From Geosiphon pyriformis uo1 (lineage: Eukaryota; Fungi; Glomeromycota), in NCBI GenBank assembly GCA_016748015.1, contig JAAOMT010000532.1, forward strand, positions 3,953-48,240: a DNA stretch of 44,288 nt, given 5' to 3'. The notes beneath the pieces are model-generated. The model saw only the letters and a list, made by a program, of their open reading frames with translations. It did not search any database and was not told the origin of the DNA. A program made the translations under genes and the position numbers. Below, piece by piece: positions 24,254-35,426 of the stretch. Position 1 is the stretch's first letter, and every line of letters begins with the position of its first letter.

Positions 24254-25093
24254 TGTTACTTATAAAATATAAGAAGTATATTAACATATAAATTAGCCAA
24301 TTAAAAGTAGCTGTAATAAATATAGAATTCCAGGATTTCTCTCAAAAGGAATTACAGGATTTCAAGAAGTTCAGGATTCTTGTATAAGGAATTGCAAGAT
24401 TCCAGAATTCCAAAATTCCTGGTGTGAGGAATTGAAGAATTGAGTAATCTCAATTATATATATATAACAGTAGTATTAGAAGGAGAAAAGCAGAATCCTT
24501 AGTTAGAAGACCTTCCAATTTAGATCTGATCTAAGCAACCTTCCATTCACAAACATTAATAAATAATTATTTACTATCTCAATTCACTCTCTATTATCAA
24601 CACTTTATGTTGATAATAATTGATACTTAACCACACTAGAACAATAGCTCTTAATCATGACTATTGAAAAGATACTAATATTCATTGTCTTGGCTTATTT
24701 TCTTTTATTTTTTTTATTTTTTTTTTATTTTTTTTTTATTTTTGTTGTTATTTTTTTGTTTTACTAATTGATTAAAGGATTAAAAGTGCTGAGATAAAGA
24801 CGTCATAGGGACTGGTAAAAGACCTGTGAAACAAAGGTAAAACACTCATAAATTTGAGGATAGCTTACCAGGAGGATTACCAGCCACCATGCTGAGAAAG
24901 AAATTTGATAGAATTATGATTCTGGAAGGCTACTGAAACCAATTATTGAATCTCTGTCCATTATACAAAGAACTCCACAATTAAATCTTCAGATCAACAA
25001 AACCTTCAAATATTACCAACAACATTATATCAATCAAGCACCAAGTTATGGATTTGTTATTTGATTTGAAACCCCAAATAATTATCTATAACA
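24254..25093 (+). repeat. 3' LTR of element B
   Basis: Preceded by PPT aaagaaggaa; matches 4220-5025. Confidence 0.92.
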
Positions 25094-28000
25094 TTGTAAA
25101 TTGAGTCTGATATCTGTAGTTGCTGATTATAAGATTAATACTGTGTCTGAGTTTTTTGATATTAATTATAAGACAGTTTTTATTGCAGATAGTTTAAATA
25201 GTCTTTTAGATACTTATTTCAATAATAATTATAAACAGACTAATAAAAATAAGTGGAAGTTCAAAATTAAAGATGCTGATGTTAATAAGTAGTTACAGTT
25301 TAAAGAGTGTTTGTTGGGCAAATTCTTGAAAAAAATAGTTAGATTTAATAGTACAAGAGATTATGATAATTTGGATATTATATAAAAGATTCTTAAGAAA
25401 GTAGTGATTAGCTTTACTAATAAAATGTTTTCTAAACTTTGGTTCAGTAAGTTTGAATGTTTAAAAAATAAGCAATCATAAAAGTTTTTCAAGCTAGAAT
25501 TGTTGATGGTTAAAATCATAAAAGGTTTAAGTTCAAATCAAAATTTAAAAACCAATTGTCTTCTTAATATTTGGTTTACTATTAATAAAGAAAAAGCCTT
25601 TAAAATGTGCATTATGATTAATAATAATGAAAGTTTAAAAAAAATTCTATCTTATCTGTTAAAGATCAAAAAAAGTTACTAAAAATCTAAATATTATAAA
25701 TTCAAAATTGCCAAAGATAACTTTATTAAAAAAACTATAAATAAATATATGAAAAACTTTTGTTCTAATAAGGAAAAGATAATTAAAAGTGTTTTAAATT
25801 GACCATTTCGAAAAGTAGTATTTGACTATTTGGTAGTTGATGATGAATTAATTTTGGAGCCATATAAAATTAAATCTATGACCAACAAGATTATAGAAGA
25901 ATAGACAAAAAAACATATGGTGTCCAATACTTGGTTTAATTATTGGTTTAATCAATATGCTCCTTTGAATTATGTCAATAATAATGCTTTTATAAAGGTA
26001 ATGAATGATATCAAGTTTGATAAATTCCTTCAAGTTGTCAAGAATTTGCTTGATAAAAAAACTGTTGGTCTCTTTAATATTCCTAATAAGCTTTAAAAAC
26101 ATGGTAATAAACAAGTGTTAATTGGTCTGTTGGATATTTTCAATGTGTGTTTAGTGTCAAATACAGTTTCTATACAGTAAAAACAAGTCTAAATTTCCAT
26201 AATATCAAAGCTATATAACTGGAAAAAAACTTTTATTAATATTAAACTAATAGCTTTGATTAAAACAGTTCAGAAAATTTTGTCTAAAATTCTTTTAAAT
26301 AAAATTTCTTCAGTCTGCAATAGATTTAATATCTTACATGAAAATAACTTTTCAGTTCTAAAAAGCACATTCACTTAGACTCCGATTTTTATTATTAGTT
26401 TATTAATTAAGAATACACTGGAAAAAAACAGAAAAATGTGGTTGGTTTTTCAAAATATGTAAAAAACATATGATTCTGTTAATTGGTTTCACTTGTAAAA
26501 CAGTTTGATTAAAATCAAAATGTGCTTCTATTTTATTAAATTTTTTGAAAATATACACAACAATAAGGTCAATCAGATAATAACTAATTTTAGGCTTATA
26601 GATAGATATATTGTTTATAATGATTTGAATCAGAAGGAGATCTTTTCATTACTGCTGTAGAGAATTTTTTATGACTTTTTGCTTTGTAAGATCAAAAGAC
26701 ATAAAAATTTATATGGCTACAGATTAAATTCAAAGTTTTTTACAAGAACTGGCAAACTAAATTTTAGGAGTAGCAGAATGTCTTTTTTGATGACTAGAAC
26801 ATTTATAGATAATACTATTTGAATTAGAAATAACATGTCTACTATTCAACATATTTTGAACATAGCTAGCAAATTTTTTCAAATCTATAACATTTTAATT
26901 AACACAAAAAAGATGGTTGTCATACTTATTAATCAGAAAATAGAAATTTTTTAATTGTTAATTAGTGAATCAAGCATTTTATTAGCAAAAAAAGATAAAT
27001 TTTATCAATACTTGGGTATTTTTTTGTTCATAAATGGTTTTTCTAAACCAAGTGTTATCAAAGTTTACTTAAATATTAAGTTTTTTACAAACATAGTTTT
27101 AAAGAAGGCTGTTTTGAACAAGCAATTTTTATATTTGGTCTCTGCAGTTTTTTAGCCCATTATTAATTATAGAATGCACTTTAGTTATACTTTATTAAGT
27201 GTATATAAAAAATAAGACAAAATATTGAAAAAGAAACTAAAACTTAAAGCCAATCTATCCAAGAACTTTTTTAATAAAGTTATTTTCTATTCTGAGTTGT
27301 ATGTCTCAAGTTATTTGGGCAGATGCAAGCTGAAAATTTGTTAGTTAGTTTGGTTACTTTTATTAATTCAAATAGTATTTTTAACAGATTGTTCAAATAC
27401 AGAGTTATAGATCTATAGGCTATTAGTTGGATGCTCCAGCAACTTCTTAGTTTTCTGATTATATTGTTAATCAATCTCATAAACTGTTTTTTGGCTGGTA
27501 TAATTAACATATTAATGTTATGTAATTTGTTTTTGGTTAATAATATACTTAATGTTTTTTGGACTGGTTGCAATATTGCTATTGCAGATATTTTGAATAT
27601 GAAATGCTATTTGAATATAGTAAATTCACTAAGAAGATTTGGTATTGTCTTTACAGATTAACTTTTGGACTGTTATAATATATGTTTTATGTAGAGTATG
27701 TTTTACAAATAGAAAAAATTAGATTTTAAAGATTCTGTTTTTAATTGGTTTAATTTATTAATTTTGTTTATTAAGAGTGACAGTTTGGCTGATAGCAGTA
27801 TTTTGGCTTAATGTTTCATTCTCAGTAGCTGTTTTTGCAATTTTGGCTTTGTTAATAAGTGTTTTGTAGAAAGTGAGTCTAATATTATAGTTGTCTACAC
27901 AAATAAATCAGTCAAGGATTTAAGATCTGTAAATGCTTATAATAATACCACTGTCTATTTTTTAGATGTTGATTTGAGTATTAGAGTTTAAGTCTATGGC

Positions 28001-29319
28001 TTGTTTTCTTGGACTTTTGTAGAATTGCAAGCCATCATTTTTGTTTTGGATTGTGTTTTTGTGTTTAGCTTAGTGGTACTATTTACAGATAGTTAGATGT
28101 TATTAAATGTATATGCTTCAATAGATAAATTTGTCAGTCCCAATTTTTATGATAAGTGTTGGGTTAAAAAAGAACATATTTGTTTAATCATTGTATTTAA
28201 GAATTTGTTAGTTGGTTAGAACAAAGTGAAAAGTTATTTTGGAGTTATTAACAATAAGTATATTAACTTTTTTGCTAATGCTGTCATCATGTCTGAGTTC
28301 GTGTTGCTTATTGAAGTGTCATATTATTTTCTTGTCATTGAGGATAAACCTGTCTCTAAAAATGTCTATTACTTTATAAAATGTCTTTTTAAAGCTGTTA
28401 GTTTTGTTGATTGAAAATTCAAGTGCACAAATAGTGCTGTGAATATAAATTTTTGCAAACTGTTTGATATGTATTAGACTTTTAGTGTTTGGTACTCTAA
28501 TAGTAAAATTTGTTTTGGTTTTACCAGTTTCATTTCTGTAGCATTTCAGTCTTATTTCATAAAAGTTTTATACTATTAACTACTTGTGACCAAGAGAAAA
28601 AGATTATATAAGTCAAGCTATCTTAGTGTATTGTGTATTTAGTGTGGTTTAATTGAAGATTCTGATCATATATTTTTGTGTATTTAAGACATTTACACCA
28701 AAGAAAATTTAATCTCAGTTATTATTAAGGCTTGAACTGATTTATTGAATGCCTATATTGCTAATTACATAATAGTTAATTCTTTCTGAAAAGCAGAATC
28801 TTCTGGTTGTTTATATATAACATTAGCTAAAAGTTTTGTAATAAAAAAATGGATAACTAATATGATAAATTTGTTAGGTGTTTGGTCCAATAAGAGTTTG
28901 TTGATCATTAATTTAGTCTGAAGTTTTGCTGAAAGTTATAAATCTACTATATAATTATCAATTGCCAAATTAAAAGCACATTATAAAAAATGTAGTTTTT
29001 TGCTGTATAATAATATAGTGGTTTTGGATATTTCTGGTTTGGCTTTATTATGGTTTTTTAAAATAATTTGTGATTTTGACATTAGATTAGATATTTATGT
29101 TTGTTTCAGCTTGTATCTTAGTCTAAACAGTATATATTTTAGTTTTTTGTAAAACTTTTCTGTGGTTAATAGTTTAGATATATAGTACTATTTTGATTGG
29201 TCTAAGTGATTAATTATATGTAGAAAAAACATAAGCCACACTTAATGTAAAATTTTATTTGATTGTATAATTTTAGGTAGTAATTAGTCTGTATTTATTA
29301 AATTGTTAATAAAAAAAAA
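25094..29319 (+). mobile_element. LINE continued: RT, RNase H, C-terminal Cys/His knuckle, 3' A-tract; heavily decayed
   Basis: Decayed RT motifs (LIALIKTVQKILSKIL, QNM*KTYDSV, FIDNT for FVDDT), RNase H (VYTNKS, VELQAI, LFTDS), CI*CG..EDSDHIFLC, aataaaaaaaaa at ~29308-29319. Confidence 0.78.
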
Positions 29320-31776
29320 TTTAATTCTAAAAAACAGTTTCATTATTTGATGTTTATTATATTGCAATCAATTATTGATTATAAAATTCAGTTTAATTTT
29401 ATTTTAAAAAAGTGTATATAATAAGTAAAATATTTTAATTAAAAAAATTTAAAAACAAAAACTAATTTGCCAAAAAACTTTTTAAGTAAAATAATTTTTT
29501 TTTTATAATTTAAAGTTTTTTAAGCAAATACAAACAAAAAAAAGTGATTTTAGTAATAAACTTTTTAAATATTAAAAAAGTTTTGATTATTTGTTTAATT
29601 ATAAATTTTTAGATTTATAAGTATTAAGTTAATTGTTTAATTTTTTGTGAAATTAAAAATCAGTTTTGTAAATAGTTTTTTGACAAAAATTATAAAATTT
29701 TTTTAAATATAATTTTTTTTAAAAGCAATTTGTTTACTATATTTGTTTTGTTAATAATATTGAAATATTTGTTGTTTTAGAAAATATGATTTTTTATAAT
29801 ATATTTTATTTATTAAAGTTTAAAATAGTTTTTGTTAAACAATTATTAATTAAAAAAATATGATTTTTGATTAAAAAAGTTTTTAAATAACAGTTAAGTT
29901 TTTAAGTAATAAAGACTAATTTAATTTTAAATATAGTATTAAACACAAAAATAAAGACCATTTATTTTCTAAATATTATTAAAAACAGCATCAGAAAACA
30001 AAAGAAAAAAAGCTAATTTTGTATTTATTTAATCAACCCAATTTTTAATTTTAAATAATTTAATAAGTTAATTAAATAAAAATATATTTAAAAATATGTC
30101 TTGTTTTGTTTTTAAAACTTGTAATAATTTATTAAAAAACATTATATTTGACAATACAATTAGTAATTAATCTTAGTTTATTTTGAAAAATATGTTATTA
30201 TTATTATTATTACTATTTATATTAAAAAGAAAGCTAAATACTATTAAAAAAAATTTATTTAAAATTTTATTTAAAATTACAAAGAAGTTTAGTATAACAA
30301 TAACAAATATAAATAACTGCTGCTGTTTTTCAAAGTTTCTGGTTTTTTTGGCTATTTATAAAATAATAATAATAATAAAGATAAAAACAAAAAAATTATT
30401 TTGTTAATTAGACTTATTATTAAAAACTCTAAAGCTCTTAAAAAAAATAAAAATAATATTAAAATTAATCTAAATATACTTTTTAAAAACAATTTTGATT
30501 AAAAAAAAATATTGCCAAAACATTTTATTTAATTGTTTTAATAATAGAAAATTTTTTTTTGTTAAAAGTTTTATTAATTACTATAAAAAAAGTAATATAT
30601 TTAAAACTTTTTATTTTTTGTTTTAATTATAATTATAAAACTTAAGAAAAAAAAATTTTTTAATTTTGTTTTTTAATTTGTTAAAGAAATTTTGTATTTA
30701 ATTTAAATTAATAGTTAAATTATATTATATTTTTTTATAAAATTAAAATTTATTATTATTAATAAATTTATAAACTTAAATTTTGAAAAGTACAAAAATA
30801 AAAATTTTTTTTAGATAAAAAAAACAAAAAAAACATTATTATTATTTATAATATTAAAATTAAATTGTTTAACTAATTTTTTAATAAAAAAATTTAGTAT
30901 ATGTATTTCTTAAAATTATATTAATAGGTATTAAAATTTTTAATTTTTTATTATTCAAAAAACCAACTTTTTAATATAATATTTTTTTATATTTATATTT
31001 TTTAATTTTTTATTAATATTATTATAATTATTTTTAATATTACTAGCAAAAAAATCCAATATTAAAGTTTTAACTTTAAGTCTTTTGATTTTTTTGTTTA
31101 TTTTACTAAAATTATATGCAAAAATATTTTTTTTAATATTTAAATATTTAAATATTTTAATTATATTAACAATAAAAATACTTATATATTTAGTTTTATA
31201 AATAAAAATGTGTTAAAAAAATAGGTTAAAAAAAAACTAAATTAAAAAAAAGCAACAAATTATTATTTTAATTTTTTTTATTTTTTATAATTTTTATTAT
31301 TTTAAAATATAATTAATACAATATATATATTTTAATTAATAATAATTAATTACTATAAGTTTTAATTTATTTTGTAATTAAATATTTTTTAGAAGTTTTT
31401 AATATTAAAATTAATATATATATATATTATTTATTTTAATAAAATAAAGCAATTATTATATTAAATTTATTAAGTATATAATAAGCTTTTAAATCTTGTT
31501 TATTGTTTTTAATTATAATAATATTTAAAACTTTAAATAATTTTTTTTGTTTATTGTTTTTTTAAAAAACTTAAGATCATTTTTTTTAAAAATATTAAAA
31601 GATATTTTTATATAATTTTGTATTTAATAATTGAATTAAAATATATATAAAGTTGTTATTTTTAGTTAAGTAATAATATTTAAATGTTTAATTAATACAA
31701 ATTTAATAAAATTATCTGTTAATCTTGAATTTAAATTAAATATATATATATTAAAATATTAATATAAAAAAGTTTT
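29320..31776. other. Extremely AT-rich low-complexity tract, probably a fully decayed repeat
   Basis: Roughly 90% A+T by eye, essentially no CpG, no credible ORF. Confidence 0.7.
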
Positions 31777-32236
31777 ATATGATGCATATTACCTTAACTT
31801 TCATATTTTAAGATTTGAATTCAAAATACTAAGGCATTTTATACAATATAAGGAGACAAAAACTATTAAACAAGTTTTTTTAAGCTGCTTTTAAGGATTA
31901 AAACTTGTTTCTTCTTTTAATAATTAAACAAATATTAATAAAGTTATAGTATTTTAAAATTACTTTCTTTTATATGGCTAATAAACAAATTGGATTTTTT
32001 ATTATAAATCATATAAAAAGGTCATGTGTATATTATCTTGTGTAATTGGTCAAAAATATAGATATATATTGTACATATTTTGAATAATACAATAATTTTA
32101 TCTTTTTTCATATCAATAGCTTTCTAAATACAAAATGCCTCATTTGTATGTATATATTAACATTTCTTTTTGTATAATTTTATATTTATGTGTTGATTAT
32201 TTTTATTTATTTGATTAGAAATAAAAAAACTCAAAA

Positions 32237-34336
32237 TATGAAAAAAAGACAGAAAGAATTAAAAGTAAAGACAACATTACAACTATCACATTGTGAAGAT
32301 AAACAACTAGATAAAAGTGAAGATATAATTTCAAATGCAGAACTTGATTCTTTGATTTATGAAAATGAACAGAAACTCTTGAAATGAGAAGATTTAGCTG
32401 GATATTATCTAAGGAAGACATACACAAGTGAATCTCAAAGCAGTCTAAAGTGCAAAAAAAGAATAGAAAGAGAGTGTATGCAAATTGCAAAAACATGCAA
32501 GCCAATTACCACTTTTTTTGCTCCCATAATCTCTTATCAAGACAAAGAACCAGAATCAAATAGCGATTATGAAGAAAAAAAAGATGAAGCCGACTGCAAT
32601 ATGAAAAAAAAGCTTTGTTTTTTGCAAGAAAAACTTAGTGTTTTACATAATGAACGAAAATGTCAAGCTTTATCCTTAAGCACTTTTGATTATTTTCGTA
32701 TGCAGTGCTTAATCTTATACTTTACAGATATATTAAATGGAGAAGGCAACGTCAAGAGTAGCAGTCATACTGTACTTTCTGTTCTTGGAAAGCAAAAAAA
32801 TCAGGGAAATGAATGGGCTGCTTGTTACGCAAATGGGCAGACTAATTTCTTTTTTATGGCCAACTTCCTCCAAAATTTCAAGGCAAGCATATCAAGCATA
32901 CTTCATTGCTCATGAATGAAGACATTAAAAAAACATGCTTAAAATGGCTTCACAATGCAAAATTTGAGGCCTGAAAAGTATTATTGTTACAAGTCTTTCT
33001 TCGTGACAAAATCATTTCACAATACTTTAATATCAATAATTATTATGTTCCAGAATCTACTATAATTCGATATATGTGAAAATGGGGTTATATATTTCAC
33101 AGAGATGGGCAAGACATTTATTATAATGGGCATGAATGGGAGGATATTATAGCATATCGCCAAATATTTGCAACAAAAATGATGCAATATGCTCATTTTA
33201 TGAAGTCATTTGAACCAGGGAATGAGGAATTAATAATACTACCAATTTTAGATCCGCTTATTGACTCTACAGAACATGTTCTAGTCACTCATGATGAGAC
33301 ATACTTTTATGCCTTTGACGACCAACCCAGTGTATAGCTCATGGAAGGAGAAACACGCATCAGAAAAAAAGGCGAGGATCAAGCCTTAATGGTCTCTGAT
33401 TTTATGTGCCCATGTCATAGAGCATTGCATATTAGTGATAACAATAGCAAAAAACTGAATCTTCCAACAAGAGCCAGAGTTATTATTAAGCCAAGAGCAT
33501 CCCAAGATGGCTGGTGGAAGAGTGACGATATGGTCAACCAGCTAGTACAGAAAGCAATTCCCCTTTTTGAATATCTTCATCCCAACTGTAAAAGAATATT
33601 TTGCTTCGATCAATCATCCAATCATAATGCCTATGCAAGTGACGCTTTGATTTTGACAAGACTGAATCTTAAAGGAAAAGGCAAACAACGAAAGTGCTAC
33701 ACAACATGGTTTATTCAAGATGAAATGAATATCAGCCAAGATATGCAAGATAAGAATGATGAGCCAAAAGGATTACGCTGCATCCTACAAGAACGAAATT
33801 TGTGGATCGATGGCCTGTGCCTTACGTGTGCAAAGAAGCAATCCAAAGAAGATGAGAATCCAGATAGCAATTGTGATTATAATGAAGCTGAAAAATCACC
33901 TATTTTATCTGAAGTCGATTCTCTTCCTGTATGCTGTGCCCGGCATCGTATTGCAAGCCAACCAGACTTTTTGGCTGAGAAAACGCGATTGCAACAAGCC
34001 GTGGAAGCAACTGGCAGGCATGAGTTCTTGCTGTATCCCAAGTTCCATTGTGAATGTAATTTCATTGAGCGGGTTTGGGGAGAGGCAAAACGGGAAGCTC
34101 GAGCAAGCTGCGACTACAAATTTGCCTCATTGGAGAAAAGAGTTCCAGAAATTCTGGATAATATTCCCATCAAGCATGTTCAAGCCTATTTACAAAAGGC
34201 TTTCCGTTATATCTCTGCATATAGCCTCGGCTACAATAGATCTAATACATTCAAAATTGTTAAGAAGTATAAATCTCACAGGCGTGCTCCTGCTTTGTTA
34301 GATGAACAAGTTATAGTATTTTTGAATGGAAAGTAG
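32237..34336 (+). pseudogene. DDE transposase; 5' half disrupted, 3' half still open (33341-34336)
   Basis: THDETYFY (D1), FCFDQSSNH (D2), YPKFHCECNFIERVWG (E); stops such as TGG>TAG at ~33335 and frameshifts upstream. Confidence 0.85.
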
Positions 34337-34615
34337 GCATTGATATAATATTAGCATGTATCTATGTCTAGTCGGCACAATATAACAAATTTCAGCCAAA
34401 CGGCAACCACTTGCCACTTGGAATATCACTAATGTCAGCAGCACCTTTGGCTGTATATATGTGTGTGTGTGCATGCGTGCGTGTTTCTGCTATTAGATAA
34501 ACAAGTTATAATATCTTTGAATAAAAAGTAGGCATTGATATAACATTATATCCGGCGGGCACTATAGAACAAATTTCGGCCAAATGGAACGTTGCTGTAT
34601 GTGTGTACGCGTGCC
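34290..34615 (+). repeat. Imperfect ~195-bp tandem duplication covering the transposase stop and 3' UTR
   Basis: gatgaacaagttatagtatttttgaatggaaagtaggcattgatataa (34301) recurs as gataaacaagttataatatctttgaataaaaagtaggcattgatataa (34496). Confidence 0.8.
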
Positions 34616-34766
34616 TGCATGTCACCTGCAAATCACTTAATTAGATCACGTGAAACGGCTTGAAAAAAATTGGAAAATGTGTGAGTTAAGGTGACATGCA
34701 CCATAGTAACATTTTTATTTTTAATTTAAAACTTTTTTTTTAAAAAATAAAACCACTATATCAGAT

Positions 34767-35100
34767 TATAAATACATAAAATTATTTGTTTTATAGTATT
34801 ACCAAAAAAATAAATATGTTATAAAAACATATTGCTACTGGTTTTTACATATCTTAGAAATACTGATTCAAAAAACCAGAACTTTATAATTACATAAAAT
34901 CAGTTGCTTTATAACATTACCAGAAAATAAATATGCTTTAAAGACATATTGTTGCTAATCTTTATATGCCTTGGAAATACTGATTTAAAAAACACTAACT
35001 CAAAGAACCAGAACTTTATGATTGCATAAAATCAGTTGTTTTATAACACCACCAAAAAATAAATATGCTCTAAAGACATATTGCTGCTGGTCTTTGCATC
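34767..35100. repeat. Minisatellite, ~117-132-bp unit, ~2.6 copies
   Basis: Recurrent cataaaatcagttg.tttataac...aaataaatatgct.taaagacatattg...gaaatactgatt. Confidence 0.85.
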
Positions 35101-35426
35101 TAATTCAACACACAAAAAAGAAATCAAAAACACGATACAAACTAGGTGATTGATTAAATTAAAATTGGTAACGGTGTTTAAACACAAATTTTTAATTTTT
35201 TTTTGAATTAGCAAAACAATAATCGGTTTTTAATATGATATTGTTGCAGTGTATTACTCTACGATCAGAAACTATAATAGTGAAAACCTCCTTTTTGTCA
35301 TGTATCTTTTTATCATCCCCAAAAGACAATCTTTTTGCCAAATGACTCTGTTTTAATTGAATTCTGCGTTTTTAATTTTGACCATCTAACATTATTTTCA
35401 GTGCAATGAATGATAAACCCATCAAT

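Larger units (their letters stand above)
4220..25093 (+). mobile_element. Full-length Ty3/Gypsy element B (gag-PR-Cys-rich-dUTPase-RT-RH-IN-extra ORF), containing nested insertions C and D
   Basis: Paired LTRs 4220-5025 and 24254-25093 (TG...CA), 4-bp TSD ttgt (4216-4219 / 25094-25097), PBS after the 5' LTR, PPT before the 3' LTR. Confidence 0.92.
31777..34706 (+). mobile_element. IS630/Tc1/mariner-like DNA transposon with ~32-bp TIRs
   Basis: Left tatgatgcatattaccttaactttcatatttt (31778-31809) versus reverse complement of the right end tatggtgcatgtcaccttaactcacacatttt (34674-34705). TA follows the right end (34707-34708). Internal transposase. Confidence 0.82.

Noticed and set aside
212-29319. 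Any of the retroelements as currently autonomous, or an alternative genetic code explaining the stops
   Set aside because: Stops are of all three types and come with frameshifts and catalytic-site changes (e.g. YLDN), while the neighbouring host genes read cleanly in the standard code
30183-30407. 74-aa ORF in the AT tract
   Set aside because: K/I/L/N/F composition expected from random AT-rich DNA
33756-34301. 181-aa overlapping ORF within the transposase
   Set aside because: Alternative frame with no recognisable motif; the DDE motifs lie in the 33341 frame
34453-34484. (TA)/(TG)/(GC) microsatellite as a functional Z-DNA element
   Set aside because: Short, common simple repeat with no supporting context
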